This document shows, in pieces, positions 39,025 through 47,980 of a stretch of 64,000 nucleotides of DNA. The position numbers were made by a program, and so were the translations under genes. The notes under the pieces were generated by a model. It made no database searches. It saw only the letters and a program-made list of their open reading frames with translations, and was not told the origin of the DNA. The first letter of the stretch is position 1. Each line of letters starts with the position of its first letter. Source of the stretch: Candidatus Latescibacterota bacterium (GTDB lineage: Bacteria > Latescibacterota > UBA2968 > UBA8231); the NCBI GenBank assembly GCA_036336855.1, contig JAYZFI010000052.1, forward strand, positions 7,087-71,086, read 5' to 3'.

Positions 39025-40038
39025 TCAGCTACAGTCGATGAGGTATTTGATGCCATCGGGATTGGCATCGATCATGTCAAAGGTGGCCTGTACCTCTTCG
39101 ATGGGACGAACCTCCGTGATCAGTCGGTCGAATTGAAGACTGCCGCTGGCGGCTAACGAAATCGCCTCCTCGAAGTCCTCTTCCTCGTACAGCCGCACAC
39201 CGATTAGACGCAACTCCGACCAGAAGAACTGGAACAGATTCACCGGTCGCGGCTCAGGGTGGATGGCGACGAGCACGATACGGCCTCTCACATTGACGAG
39301 CTTCGTCATGATCTCAACACCCGGAGCCGAGCCTGAAACCTCGAAGACGCAGTCCGCCATAGCGCCGCGAGTCCGCTCCTCGAGGATGGCGACGAGATCA
39401 TCTGATAGGGGATCAACGACCTCCATGCCGAGTTCGATAGCGAGCTCGCGGCGTTTGGTGTTGACCTCCGAGAGGATGATCCGAGCACCTTTCTGTCTCG
39501 CCACTAGACAGACCAACAGGCCAATGGGACCGCCGCCGATAACGACGCAGGTCTCTCCCTCGGTCACCTCGCCCAAACGAACGTCATGACAGGCGACGGC
39601 GGCGGGTTCGATCATGGCTCCGTGCTCGAAGCTGAGATTGTCGGGAAGCTTGTGCAGGGTGTAGTCGGGAACGGTCCACGACGACTGCATGCCACCAGGC
39701 AGATCGATGCCGATAAATTCCAGATTCTTGCCAACGTGGGCGTGTCCTTTATCGAAGGCGGAAGGTGCGCCAAACAGCATAGGGCGGATGGCTACGCGAT
39801 CTCCCGTTGAAACGCCGGCAACGTCGTCCCCGATCTCTGCGACCGTTGCGGAAGTTTCGTGTCCGATGACCAGGGGCATGGACACGCGCTGATCCATGGC
39901 ACCGTGGTAGATGTGGATATCCGTGCCGCATATCCCGCAATAGGCGACCTCTACCCGAACTTGTCCCGGATCCGGGGACACCACCTCACCCTCTGCAACT
40001 TCGATCGTCCGATTTCCGCAGTAGCGAGCCGCCTTCAC
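39025..40038 (-). CDS. Zn-dependent alcohol dehydrogenase (sugar-acid dehydrogenase-like)
   Basis: GTG 40038 (GTGA overlap); CGICGTDIH, GHE, GGGPIG. Confidence 0.88.
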   Translation of the reverse strand: MKAARYCGNRTIEVAEGEVVSPDPGQVRVEVAYCGICGTDIHIYHGAMDQRVSMPLVIGHETSATVAEIGDDVAGVSTGDRVAIRPMLFGAPSAFDKGHAHVGKNLEFIGIDLPGGMQSSWTVPDYTLHKLPDNLSFEHGAMIEPAAVACHDVRLGEVTEGETCVVIGGGPIGLLVCLVARQKGARIILSEVNTKRRELAIELGMEVVDPLSDDLVAILEERTRGAMADCVFEVSGSAPGVEIMTKLVNVRGRIVLVAIHPEPRPVNLFQFFWSELRLIGVRLYEEEDFEEAISLAASGSLQFDRLITEVRPIEEVQATFDMIDANPDGIKYLIDCS

Positions 40039-41018
40039 GCTGTCGCGCCTGACCAGATGTAACTGAGGAGGCCGTCTCGCCGCCCGGTCTTCACTTTGCC
40101 GTGTCGCTCCATGCGCTCCAGATGTCCGAGAAAGGGGAAACAGAGATAGGACGAGGCCTCTTGCGGCCATTCGCCCAGCGCCGTTCCCAGGTTTTCCGTG
40201 AGCTCGCGGAGGGCGCGCCCCGTTTCGGCCCCCTGCAGCTCTCGCTCCAGCGCTGATTCGACGCGGTCGACGAACGCCCGGCTTTCCCCGAGAAAGTTGC
40301 CGATCTCCACTGCGCCGTGGCAAATGGGGTAGTGGCTGGTGAGCAGCAGATCGAAGTCCATGGAGCGGAAGCGTCCCATGGAGGCGAGGTACGACTCCGT
40401 GTAGCGATACGTGGGCGGAAACGCAGGGGAGCCGTCGGCGAGCGGCACGGCATTGTGCAAAGTTGAGTCGGCGATGATCAGAGACCGGCTGCTGGCGTCA
40501 TGCACGCTCACGTGACCGCGGCTGTGGCCCGCGGTGTGCAGAATCTCCACGCACCAATCCGCGCCGAGTCGCAGCTGTTCGCCACCCTGCAGGGCGATGT
40601 CCATGTTCACGTGCCGCGAGGAGGAGCGGATGAACTCCTTGGCCTCGTCTCCGTCGCCGATGCCGTGGTCGGCCTCGTACTCGCTGTAGCGGTCCTCGAT
40701 CATGCGCTCGATGTCTTCCACCATGACTTGGTCGAAGGCGTGGCACATGAACACGGCCTTAGGGTTGAGCTCCTGCACCGAGGCATTGCCTGCGGTATGG
40801 TCGAAGTCAGCGTGCGTGTTGACGACGTAGCGAATGCGGCTCGGGTCAACGCCGATCTCATCGAGATAGGGCACTATGAACTCGCCCGGCATGGGATCCG
40901 TGCCGGTGTCGACGAGCAGGCAGGAGAGATCGCCCACCAAGAGGTACATGCAGACGAAGCGCCCCATGAAGGGTGCTTCAATACGGTGAATTCGTGGAGC
41001 GACTTCAATCATGCCCAT
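40035..41018 (-). CDS. MBL-fold metallo-hydrolase
   Basis: THADFDH, AGHSRGH, LTSH. Confidence 0.87.
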   Translation of the reverse strand: MGMIEVAPRIHRIEAPFMGRFVCMYLLVGDLSCLLVDTGTDPMPGEFIVPYLDEIGVDPSRIRYVVNTHADFDHTAGNASVQELNPKAVFMCHAFDQVMVEDIERMIEDRYSEYEADHGIGDGDEAKEFIRSSSRHVNMDIALQGGEQLRLGADWCVEILHTAGHSRGHVSVHDASSRSLIIADSTLHNAVPLADGSPAFPPTYRYTESYLASMGRFRSMDFDLLLTSHYPICHGAVEIGNFLGESRAFVDRVESALERELQGAETGRALRELTENLGTALGEWPQEASSYLCFPFLGHLERMERHGKVKTGRRDGLLSYIWSGATA

Positions 41019-41869
41019 GAGCTCAGTTCACCTTTTCGGGATCGTTCCTGCAGGTCGTACAGCGAGGCAATCTCATTCTTGTACTTGGGAATCGGAAATT
41101 CGGTGATGTTGAAGCGCGCCACTTTAGGACTCTGACCCCTCACCAGCTTGACGTGGGCCTCGGCCTTCTCCGTCATGGGGCCGCAGTGTAGGGGGAAGGC
41201 ATCGGCGGCACGATAGCTGAGAATGAGGGTACGCCTCGGATCAGAGGAGGCATTGGGCGCCGACGCGTGGGGAGTCAGTCCGTGCATGAAGATTGCGGTG
41301 CCCGCCGGACCTTCGGCGAGCACGGCCGTGCTTTCGTCCACCGGCTCAGTGACCCGGCCTTGGAAATAGCCGTCGGTGCTGTGCTCGAGTAGCACTTCGT
41401 GATGACGCCCGGGAATGAGCTTGAGGGAACCGTTGTCGGCGGTCGTGTCGTCAAGATAGAAAAGAACGGCCAGAGAGTCGGTGTTAGTCAGTGGGTAGTA
41501 GGACAGGTCTTGGTGCCACTCCACCAGAGAGCCGACCTTGGCTGGTTTCATGTTGAGTTTGCTGTAGTGAAACAGCAGATTGGGTCCGAAGAGTTTCTCC
41601 ACACAGTCAAGGAGGTCGTTTGCCTCCGAGAGCGCCCGGGCAACGGGATAGTAGGTGCAGGGCTCGTACAGCCGTCGCACCGCTGTCCCTCCTGGAGCTT
41701 GACCAGGCTCCATCTCCATACGTGTGGCGTCGTGCGCGGCTAGGGTATGGCCCGCCGTGAATTCCTCCGCCTCCGTCAACAGTTCGTTCAGGCGGTTGGG
41801 CGAGAGAAAGCCGGGAACTACGGTGAAGCCATCGTCGCGGAAGGTCCGGATTTGGTCATTGCCGAGCAT
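41009..41869 (-). CDS. Phytanoyl-CoA dioxygenase (PhyH) family Fe/2OG oxygenase
   Basis: Start ATG 41869; WHQD, NGSL..IPG.H, PHASAPN..RR. Confidence 0.9.
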   Translation of the reverse strand: MLGNDQIRTFRDDGFTVVPGFLSPNRLNELLTEAEEFTAGHTLAAHDATRMEMEPGQAPGGTAVRRLYEPCTYYPVARALSEANDLLDCVEKLFGPNLLFHYSKLNMKPAKVGSLVEWHQDLSYYPLTNTDSLAVLFYLDDTTADNGSLKLIPGRHHEVLLEHSTDGYFQGRVTEPVDESTAVLAEGPAGTAIFMHGLTPHASAPNASSDPRRTLILSYRAADAFPLHCGPMTEKAEAHVKLVRGQSPKVARFNITEFPIPKYKNEIASLYDLQERSRKGELSSWA

Positions 41870-41877
41870 GTTCGCCT

Positions 41878-42639
41878 TCAGTCCGCGCGCGCCAGCAGGC
41901 CACCGTCGACGACTAGGGTGGTGCCGGTGACAAAGGAGGCCTCGTCCGAGGCTAGATAAAGGACCGCATTTGCGATGTCGTCGCCCGTTCCTAGCCGCTT
42001 GGCGGGCACCATTTCGGCGTACCGGCGACGCTCTTCTTCCGGCACCTCGAGATTGTCCCACAACGGTGTGAGGATTGCGCCGGGAAGCACGGCGTTGACG
42101 CGGATGTCCGGCCCGTAGTCAATGGCAAGCGTGCGGGTGATGCCAAGTACGCCGGCTTTGGCACTGTCGTACGCCGTGCAGGTGGCAAAGCTGACCAGAG
42201 AGTGTACGGAGGCGGTGTTGACGATGGCTCCTCCTCCGCTCTTCTGCATCACCGGGATTCCGTACTTGGCGGCGACAAAGAGGGCCTTGAGGCCGACGTT
42301 TAGGGTGAGATCCCAGTCCTTTTCATCGAGCTCGGTGGCTGAGCCGTGCTGAAACCAGATGCCGTTGTTGTGCAGGATGTTCAGGCCGCCGTGTTTGCTC
42401 TCCGCGTGGGCGATCATGGCCTGAATCTGTTCTGTGTCGCTCAAGTCGGTGTGTACGAAGCTAGCGACACCGCCACCGGAAGTGATCTCGCTGACGACAC
42501 GCTCGCCGTTGGCAGCATCGATATCGGCGACGACCACGGCAGAGCCCTCGCGCGCGAGACACTTCGCCGTCGATTCCCCGATCCCCGATGCGGCGCCTGT
42601 GATGATGGCCACCTTACCGGTGACTCTTCCCGTATTCAT
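41878..42639 (-). CDS. Short-chain dehydrogenase/reductase
   Basis: TGAASGIG, YDSAK, VDGG. Confidence 0.92.
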   Translation of the reverse strand: MNTGRVTGKVAIITGAASGIGESTAKCLAREGSAVVVADIDAANGERVVSEITSGGGVASFVHTDLSDTEQIQAMIAHAESKHGGLNILHNNGIWFQHGSATELDEKDWDLTLNVGLKALFVAAKYGIPVMQKSGGGAIVNTASVHSLVSFATCTAYDSAKAGVLGITRTLAIDYGPDIRVNAVLPGAILTPLWDNLEVPEEERRRYAEMVPAKRLGTGDDIANAVLYLASDEASFVTGTTLVVDGGLLARAD

Positions 42640-42786
42640 TCCTCATGACTCCTTGTGTTTGCGTGAGACAACAGTCAGCACTGCGTGCCGGCGTGGCAAC
42701 CGCTCTGGACTTCCGGTGTCACCCGCAGCTAGGTTGAGGTCTAAGGCACCCGCTGCACGGCCTGCCCGTGGAGATGAAGGATCAGG

Positions 42787-43638
42787 ATGATCGAACGACA
42801 GCAGCAGTGGTTGGAGAATCTGGCCACAGACGAGCAGCTCCGGCACTTCGACGAACAGGGCTACCTCATTGTAGAGGAGGCACTGTCTCCCGACATGGTG
42901 AAGGATCTCACACCCGTCGTAGACCGCATCGACACTCGCGTGCGAGCCGAGCGCGGTCTCGACGAGAACGCCACTATGACGCTGTTTCGCACCGTCGCCG
43001 AGGACGACCTCTTCCTCGAGCTCCTCGACAACCCTACAACCTTCCCCTTGGCCTGGGACATCCTGGGATGGAACATCCAGCTGTACATCTCCCATCTCAT
43101 CGTGTATCCCCCGGAGCCGGAAGGTGCCGATCTGACAGCTGGCGGTTGGCATCAGGACGGCGGCCGACCGGTGCGCGAGATGGAGCGGCCGCACCCGCGG
43201 TTATCCTTCAAGGTCAGCTACTGGCTTTCCGATACGCGGGTGTCCAACAGCGGCGCTATGCGCATCATCCCGGGCAGCCACCGCCTCGACGAAAAACCGC
43301 TCCAGGAGGCGCTCGACAACCCCGTGCACGTAGAGGTCGCGCCGGGCACAGCCGTGCTCTTCGATCGCCGTATGTGGCACGCCCGCGGCATCAACACCTC
43401 ATCCGTGACGCGCAAAGTGTTGTTCTTCGGCTACAGCTATCGCTGGTTGCGGGGTCTGGACTACAACAACTTTCCCCAGGAGACGCTAGCCAAGTGCGAT
43501 CCCATTCGCCGGCAGATTCTCGGCGACGGCATCGACGTGAAGGGATGGTGGCAGCCCACCGAGGCGGACACACCCCTCAAGAGTTGGATCGCCGAGCATC
43601 GGGGTGAAGAGTATCTGCTCAATATAGCGCCACTGTAG
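42787..43638 (+). CDS. PhyH family Fe/2OG dioxygenase
   Basis: WHQD, IIPGSH, WHARGIN..RK. Confidence 0.9.
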   Translation: MIERQQQWLENLATDEQLRHFDEQGYLIVEEALSPDMVKDLTPVVDRIDTRVRAERGLDENATMTLFRTVAEDDLFLELLDNPTTFPLAWDILGWNIQLYISHLIVYPPEPEGADLTAGGWHQDGGRPVREMERPHPRLSFKVSYWLSDTRVSNSGAMRIIPGSHRLDEKPLQEALDNPVHVEVAPGTAVLFDRRMWHARGINTSSVTRKVLFFGYSYRWLRGLDYNNFPQETLAKCDPIRRQILGDGIDVKGWWQPTEADTPLKSWIAEHRGEEYLLNIAPL

Positions 43639-43697
43639 GGGTGTCTCCGACGCTGTAGTCTGGCAGGCTCAGACCGAATTGTCCTCGCTGGTTTAGA

Positions 43698-45037
43698 TCA
43701 CTTTGAGGGGGCCATCGCCTCCGCGGGATCGAGGATGCAGCCGTCCTGCATTAGCTTGCCCTGGAGACGGTCGATTTCGATTTCACGACTACCACCGCCA
43801 GTGGCGACTGCCATGGCCCCGCCGTACCCGCTGCCTGCCCCATACCCATGGCGTTGGCGGTGACTCGGCTTGAGGCCAACGCCTCTGACGTCGCTGAGTG
43901 ACAACGGCCGGCGACCCATAGGTTGTCGATTCCCTGTGGCAGCAGCGTGCGGTAGGAGATGTCGTAGGGGGGCACCATGGGCTGGTGGTGATAACCGGCG
44001 CCCTGCTGAGGGTGGCGATCAATGCGCCAGGCCCCGAGCACGACGTCGTCGTCGCAGCGACGGCCCTGCCGCACGTCATCGGCGGTCAGCGTGACGTCGC
44101 CGACGATACGCCGGGACTCCCGGGCGCCGGCGGTGGGCCCGCTTGTGAAGAAGTAGGCGTCGCGGAACTCGGGCAGGCTCTCCTTCCACAGCTCAAACAT
44201 CTGCCAGGCGTCAGCGCGCCCCCGGATTTCGGCGTGGGTCCAGTTGTCGGGGTCCGTGCAATCCCCGGCTGTACGCACAGCGTTGAAGTAAATGTCCCGT
44301 CCTGAGAACGTCGCAGGCCACGGTCCGCCGTAAAGGCCGATGCGGCCTTCACGGCGCGCCTGCTCTAGGACGGTGGCGCACTTGGGGCGTAGCTCGAAGG
44401 TGAGTTCCACGAAGCCGATGCGGAAGTGTAGGGCCATCGGCTGCAAGGGCTCCGCCTTTTCGAAGGGGGAGCCCGACCAGGCGGCTACGTCGCCATCACC
44501 GGTGGCGTCGATGACCATCCGTGGGCGTACGGCGACCAGACCTGACTTGTTGCTGAGAACGACACAGTCGACACGGACGTCCGAGACGATTACATCAGCG
44601 ACTTGGGTGTGAAATAGTGGTTGCACGCCTGACTTCAGCAGGATGTCGTCCGCCGCCTTCTTGAAGCGCTCGGGATCGCAGCACGGAATCAGCCGGTCAG
44701 GGTACTTCTCGACTTCGTTGAAATCGCCATTCACGTTATAGACATGATCGAGGCCGGTGCCGATCGCGATCACCCCCATGCGCTCAAGCATTTCCAGCAC
44801 CAGGCCACCTACTACGGGGCGTCCTGTCTCCTCGTAGACGAAGCCGTCGAAGGCGGAGCCGATGACGTTGGTGAAAAAGCCTCCGGCAAAGCCCATGCGG
44901 TCTACGGCGAGTACGGAGGCGCCATGGCGGGCCGCCGCCACCGCCGCGCCCAGGCCCGCCAGTCCGGTGCCGCAGACTAGCACGTCCGGCTCGCTGACGA
45001 CAGGGATCGTCTTGTGGTAGGAGAGGCTCGCTGCCAT
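43698..45037 (-). CDS. FAD-dependent oxidoreductase with apparent 1-nt frameshift near 43817-43820 (real end 43698; track ORF stops at 43751)
   Basis: GTGLAG, IDATGDGD, RESRRIVG, NLWVAGRCHS, MGQAAGTA; expected continuation AMAVATGG..EIDRLQGKL lies in the next frame. Confidence 0.85.
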
Positions 45038-45045
45038 CGTCTAAA

Positions 45046-45801
45046 TCAGACGCAGCCCTCGTATTCGCGGCCGGCGAGCAGATGGTACGAAGGCTGAGCG
45101 TCGGGATTGCCGGTCCAGCGTGATCGCGCGGTCATGTAGTGGGTGGCGATGCCGCGGCGGAAGGTGTCGGTGTGGTTGGTGCCAGAGCGATGCAACAGGA
45201 GGCTGTGGTGAAGCGAGCAGGAGCCGCGCGACATGGTGATAGGTTGCTCCTGGCTGCGATCGATGGCCGACTCTGGTACCTTCTTATCCTGGCGTCCTCC
45301 TACCATCCACACGTCACTGTGGTCGATGGCGCCAACCGTGTGGCTGCCGGGGACCACATACAGGCAGCCGTTGTTTTCGGTGACTTCGTCGATGGCCACC
45401 CAGGCGGTGACCATGGCCATGGGTTCGATGGTGAAGTACGGAGAATCCTGGTGGTAGGTTTTCTCAATGCCGCCGGGGGGCTTCATGAACAGCTGATCGC
45501 CAAACAACTTCACGTCGGGACCGAGGATGTCCCTCGCTGCACCCAGCAGCTTGTGGTGGCGCGCGTGTTCCACAAAGAAGTAGTCGTAACGGCTGCAGCT
45601 GTTGATTTTGCGCAAGTTCTTCATGCGACGGCCCGAGGCTCCGGGCTCATATTCGACGGCGGACTCGGGAAAATCGGTCTCATTGTCGGCTATCTGGCGC
45701 ACCCGTTCGGCAAGGGCCTCAACGGCATTCTCCTCGAGGATGCCTTCGAGTGTGAGGTAGCCGTCACGCTCATACTGCGCGCGTTGTTCCGTCGTCAACA
45801 T
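45046..45801 (-). CDS. PhyH family Fe/2OG dioxygenase
   Basis: FMKPP, YHQD, NGCL.VVPGSH, LHRSG.N. Confidence 0.9.
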   Translation of the reverse strand: MLTTEQRAQYERDGYLTLEGILEENAVEALAERVRQIADNETDFPESAVEYEPGASGRRMKNLRKINSCSRYDYFFVEHARHHKLLGAARDILGPDVKLFGDQLFMKPPGGIEKTYHQDSPYFTIEPMAMVTAWVAIDEVTENNGCLYVVPGSHTVGAIDHSDVWMVGGRQDKKVPESAIDRSQEQPITMSRGSCSLHHSLLLHRSGTNHTDTFRRGIATHYMTARSRWTGNPDAQPSYHLLAGREYEGCV

Positions 45802-46018
45802 TGTCGATATCTCTCCTCGAATTGGAACAGAAGACCCCCACTGACGAGCCTGGGAGTGTCGTCGATCCTAGTGGTTGCGACTCACGGGTTCTTCCACAAC
45901 GGATCTCGATACGCTACATCGCTGAAGGCAGAAGGCGAATAGAAGGTATCATCGCGAGTTCGAGGCGGGGCTATCGTGATCGTCGACAAAAGCTGAGCCC
46001 GAACCAGAGAGGCCTCGT

Positions 46019-47980
46019 CTAGTACGCGACCGTGATCGTGCGGTGCGCCGTGTCCTTAACCGCGTCGGTGTCTACTTCGACGGTCATGAGATAGATGCCG
46101 GGGGGAACTACCGTGTCCTCACCGTCTCTGCCGTCCCACTGAGCGTGAAATCGACCTCCCAGGCTTACGGTGTTGTGCTGCTGACTCACTATGCGGCCGC
46201 CGAGATCATGGACGCGCAGCTCGAAGGAGGCGGCGCCGGCGAAGTTGATGAGCTGGTACTCCAGATTCACCACGTCGTGGACGCCATCGCCATTCGGCGT
46301 GACCACAGGCGTTGAGAGCCCGATGACTGACAGCCGGGTGCCGCTGGCACGATCGAGGTCGACGCGAATGCCGTTGCCCTCAGCGCGCTGGTCCGCGTCG
46401 CCGCCGATCACCGGATGGGGAACTTCGTGGGGTCGTTCGCTGTCGAATAGCCGGCCCCGAAACTCGGTGCCGAAGTTGAACACCTCAGTGCGAAAATCCA
46501 CCTCCACGAGTTCGCCAGTGTTCTGTACGTCCATGCGCGGAATCTTCACTCTCCAGCCGCCGTTGTCGATCTGCATCACTTCGAAGGCTACCGGCTGACC
46601 GCTCACGCGTACCTCATCGACGCTCTGTGGCCGGGAGGGAGTGTCGACGGCGATGGCGTCAAAGCCGCCGTCGGATGCTATAACTCGAGGGCGGATCTTG
46701 TAAGTGAAATCGATGATCTTACCGGCGGCGGCAATGGCGGGCACTATCTCGGCTACCGCCTCACTCACCGCAGGGGGAATCGACGCGGAGAACTGCAGGT
46801 ATGCGAGCTCTCCTGTGGCGTTGGCATTGGAGGTGAAGTCCGCGCGGATCTGCACGTACCGTTGAGCCCGGCCGGTGTCGAGATCAGACTGCCCCAGACC
46901 GAAGTCGAAGGGTGGTGACCAACTGTCCCAGTTTTCGGTGTCGTGGGTGATGCCGGCGCGCTCGATTGACTCCAGCTGTCGGTAGGTGGTCCGTGTCAGG
47001 GGAACTCCCTGCTTGTCGAAGCGACTCTGCTCGTCGCCGCGGAAGGTATTTCGCCAGTAATTGTTGGGATCGTCGTCGCCGCCGGCCCGGGCGCTGATCT
47101 CCACCTCGGCGCCCTCGTCGCGCAGGCCTGACCAGCTGATATGGCCGATGCTTGCGGGAGAGCCGAGATCGATGACGTTCGACACGTAGTCCGCGGCGTG
47201 GGCAAAGCCGGTTCCGTAGATCTCGAACTCGGCGATCTCCCAAATGCCGCGGCGGTTCTCCGGGGCCTGGAAGTAAAGGTAGCGGATCGGTTGTGGGGGA
47301 ATCTCGAGGTCGAGGGTGGGCTCGATGTTTTCGTCGACGTCGTGGACAACGTTAAAATCCCAACCGGTGTCGCGTAGCGAGGCACCGAAAAACCAGATCA
47401 CCCGCAGATCGCGAGTGCCGTCCTTGAGGGGGTTGCCGTCGTTGGTGCCGATGAGAAAGCGCTCGATGAAACGGTCACCCCGATGGGCTTCTCGGGGGTA
47501 GATGCGCACGCGGTCGATTCGGAACAGCCCGCCAAAGTCGAAGATGTAGTACTTCATCTGCGGCCCGTAACCAACGGCGCGCAAGTAGTGCCCGTCGCCG
47601 AGGTAAGCGGTGTTGGGATCGCCGTCCCAGACAAACCGATCTTCCTCTTCGTAGGGCTGCCAACCCGTCCACTCGAGAATGAAAATCTGACCGCCTTGCT
47701 CTTCGATCAGCGGTGCCAGATTCACCCCTGCCTCGAGGGTTCGCGGGCGAATTCGGCCTGACTCGGGGGTGAGCTGGTTCATTAAGCCGTGGCGGGCGGC
47801 CTCGACGGAGCTCCAATCGCCCAAGTACACGAACTCGTGGGGCATCTCCAGGTCGGGTGAGGGCGCCACGCTGCTGCCGACGCGATAGATCGTTAGCGCC
47901 GATGCCGGAGCAAGGGTTACGAATGCCGAAAGGGCGAAGACGAAGAGGTGCGCACAACGAGTCGCCATGACAGGGCTCAA
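46019..47980 (-). CDS. Secreted class B discoidin-like/FlgD-Ig C-terminal domain protein (satellite copy)
   Basis: LTIYRVG, DPNNYWRNTFRGDEQSR, GITHDTENW, TPNGDGVHD; ends ITVAY. Confidence 0.75.
   Translation of the reverse strand: MSPVMATRCAHLFVFALSAFVTLAPASALTIYRVGSSVAPSPDLEMPHEFVYLGDWSSVEAARHGLMNQLTPESGRIRPRTLEAGVNLAPLIEEQGGQIFILEWTGWQPYEEEDRFVWDGDPNTAYLGDGHYLRAVGYGPQMKYYIFDFGGLFRIDRVRIYPREAHRGDRFIERFLIGTNDGNPLKDGTRDLRVIWFFGASLRDTGWDFNVVHDVDENIEPTLDLEIPPQPIRYLYFQAPENRRGIWEIAEFEIYGTGFAHAADYVSNVIDLGSPASIGHISWSGLRDEGAEVEISARAGGDDDPNNYWRNTFRGDEQSRFDKQGVPLTRTTYRQLESIERAGITHDTENWDSWSPPFDFGLGQSDLDTGRAQRYVQIRADFTSNANATGELAYLQFSASIPPAVSEAVAEIVPAIAAAGKIIDFTYKIRPRVIASDGGFDAIAVDTPSRPQSVDEVRVSGQPVAFEVMQIDNGGWRVKIPRMDVQNTGELVEVDFRTEVFNFGTEFRGRLFDSERPHEVPHPVIGGDADQRAEGNGIRVDLDRASGTRLSVIGLSTPVVTPNGDGVHDVVNLEYQLINFAGAASFELRVHDLGGRIVSQQHNTVSLGGRFHAQWDGRDGEDTVVPPGIYLMTVEVDTDAVKDTAHRTITVAY

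Noticed and set aside
45802-46018. Possible riboswitch or hammerhead ribozyme (CTGACGAG on plus, CCAGGCTCG on minus)
   Set aside because: Partner motifs (GAAA core; SAH-type GAGGAGCG) were not found; an Rfam scan would settle it
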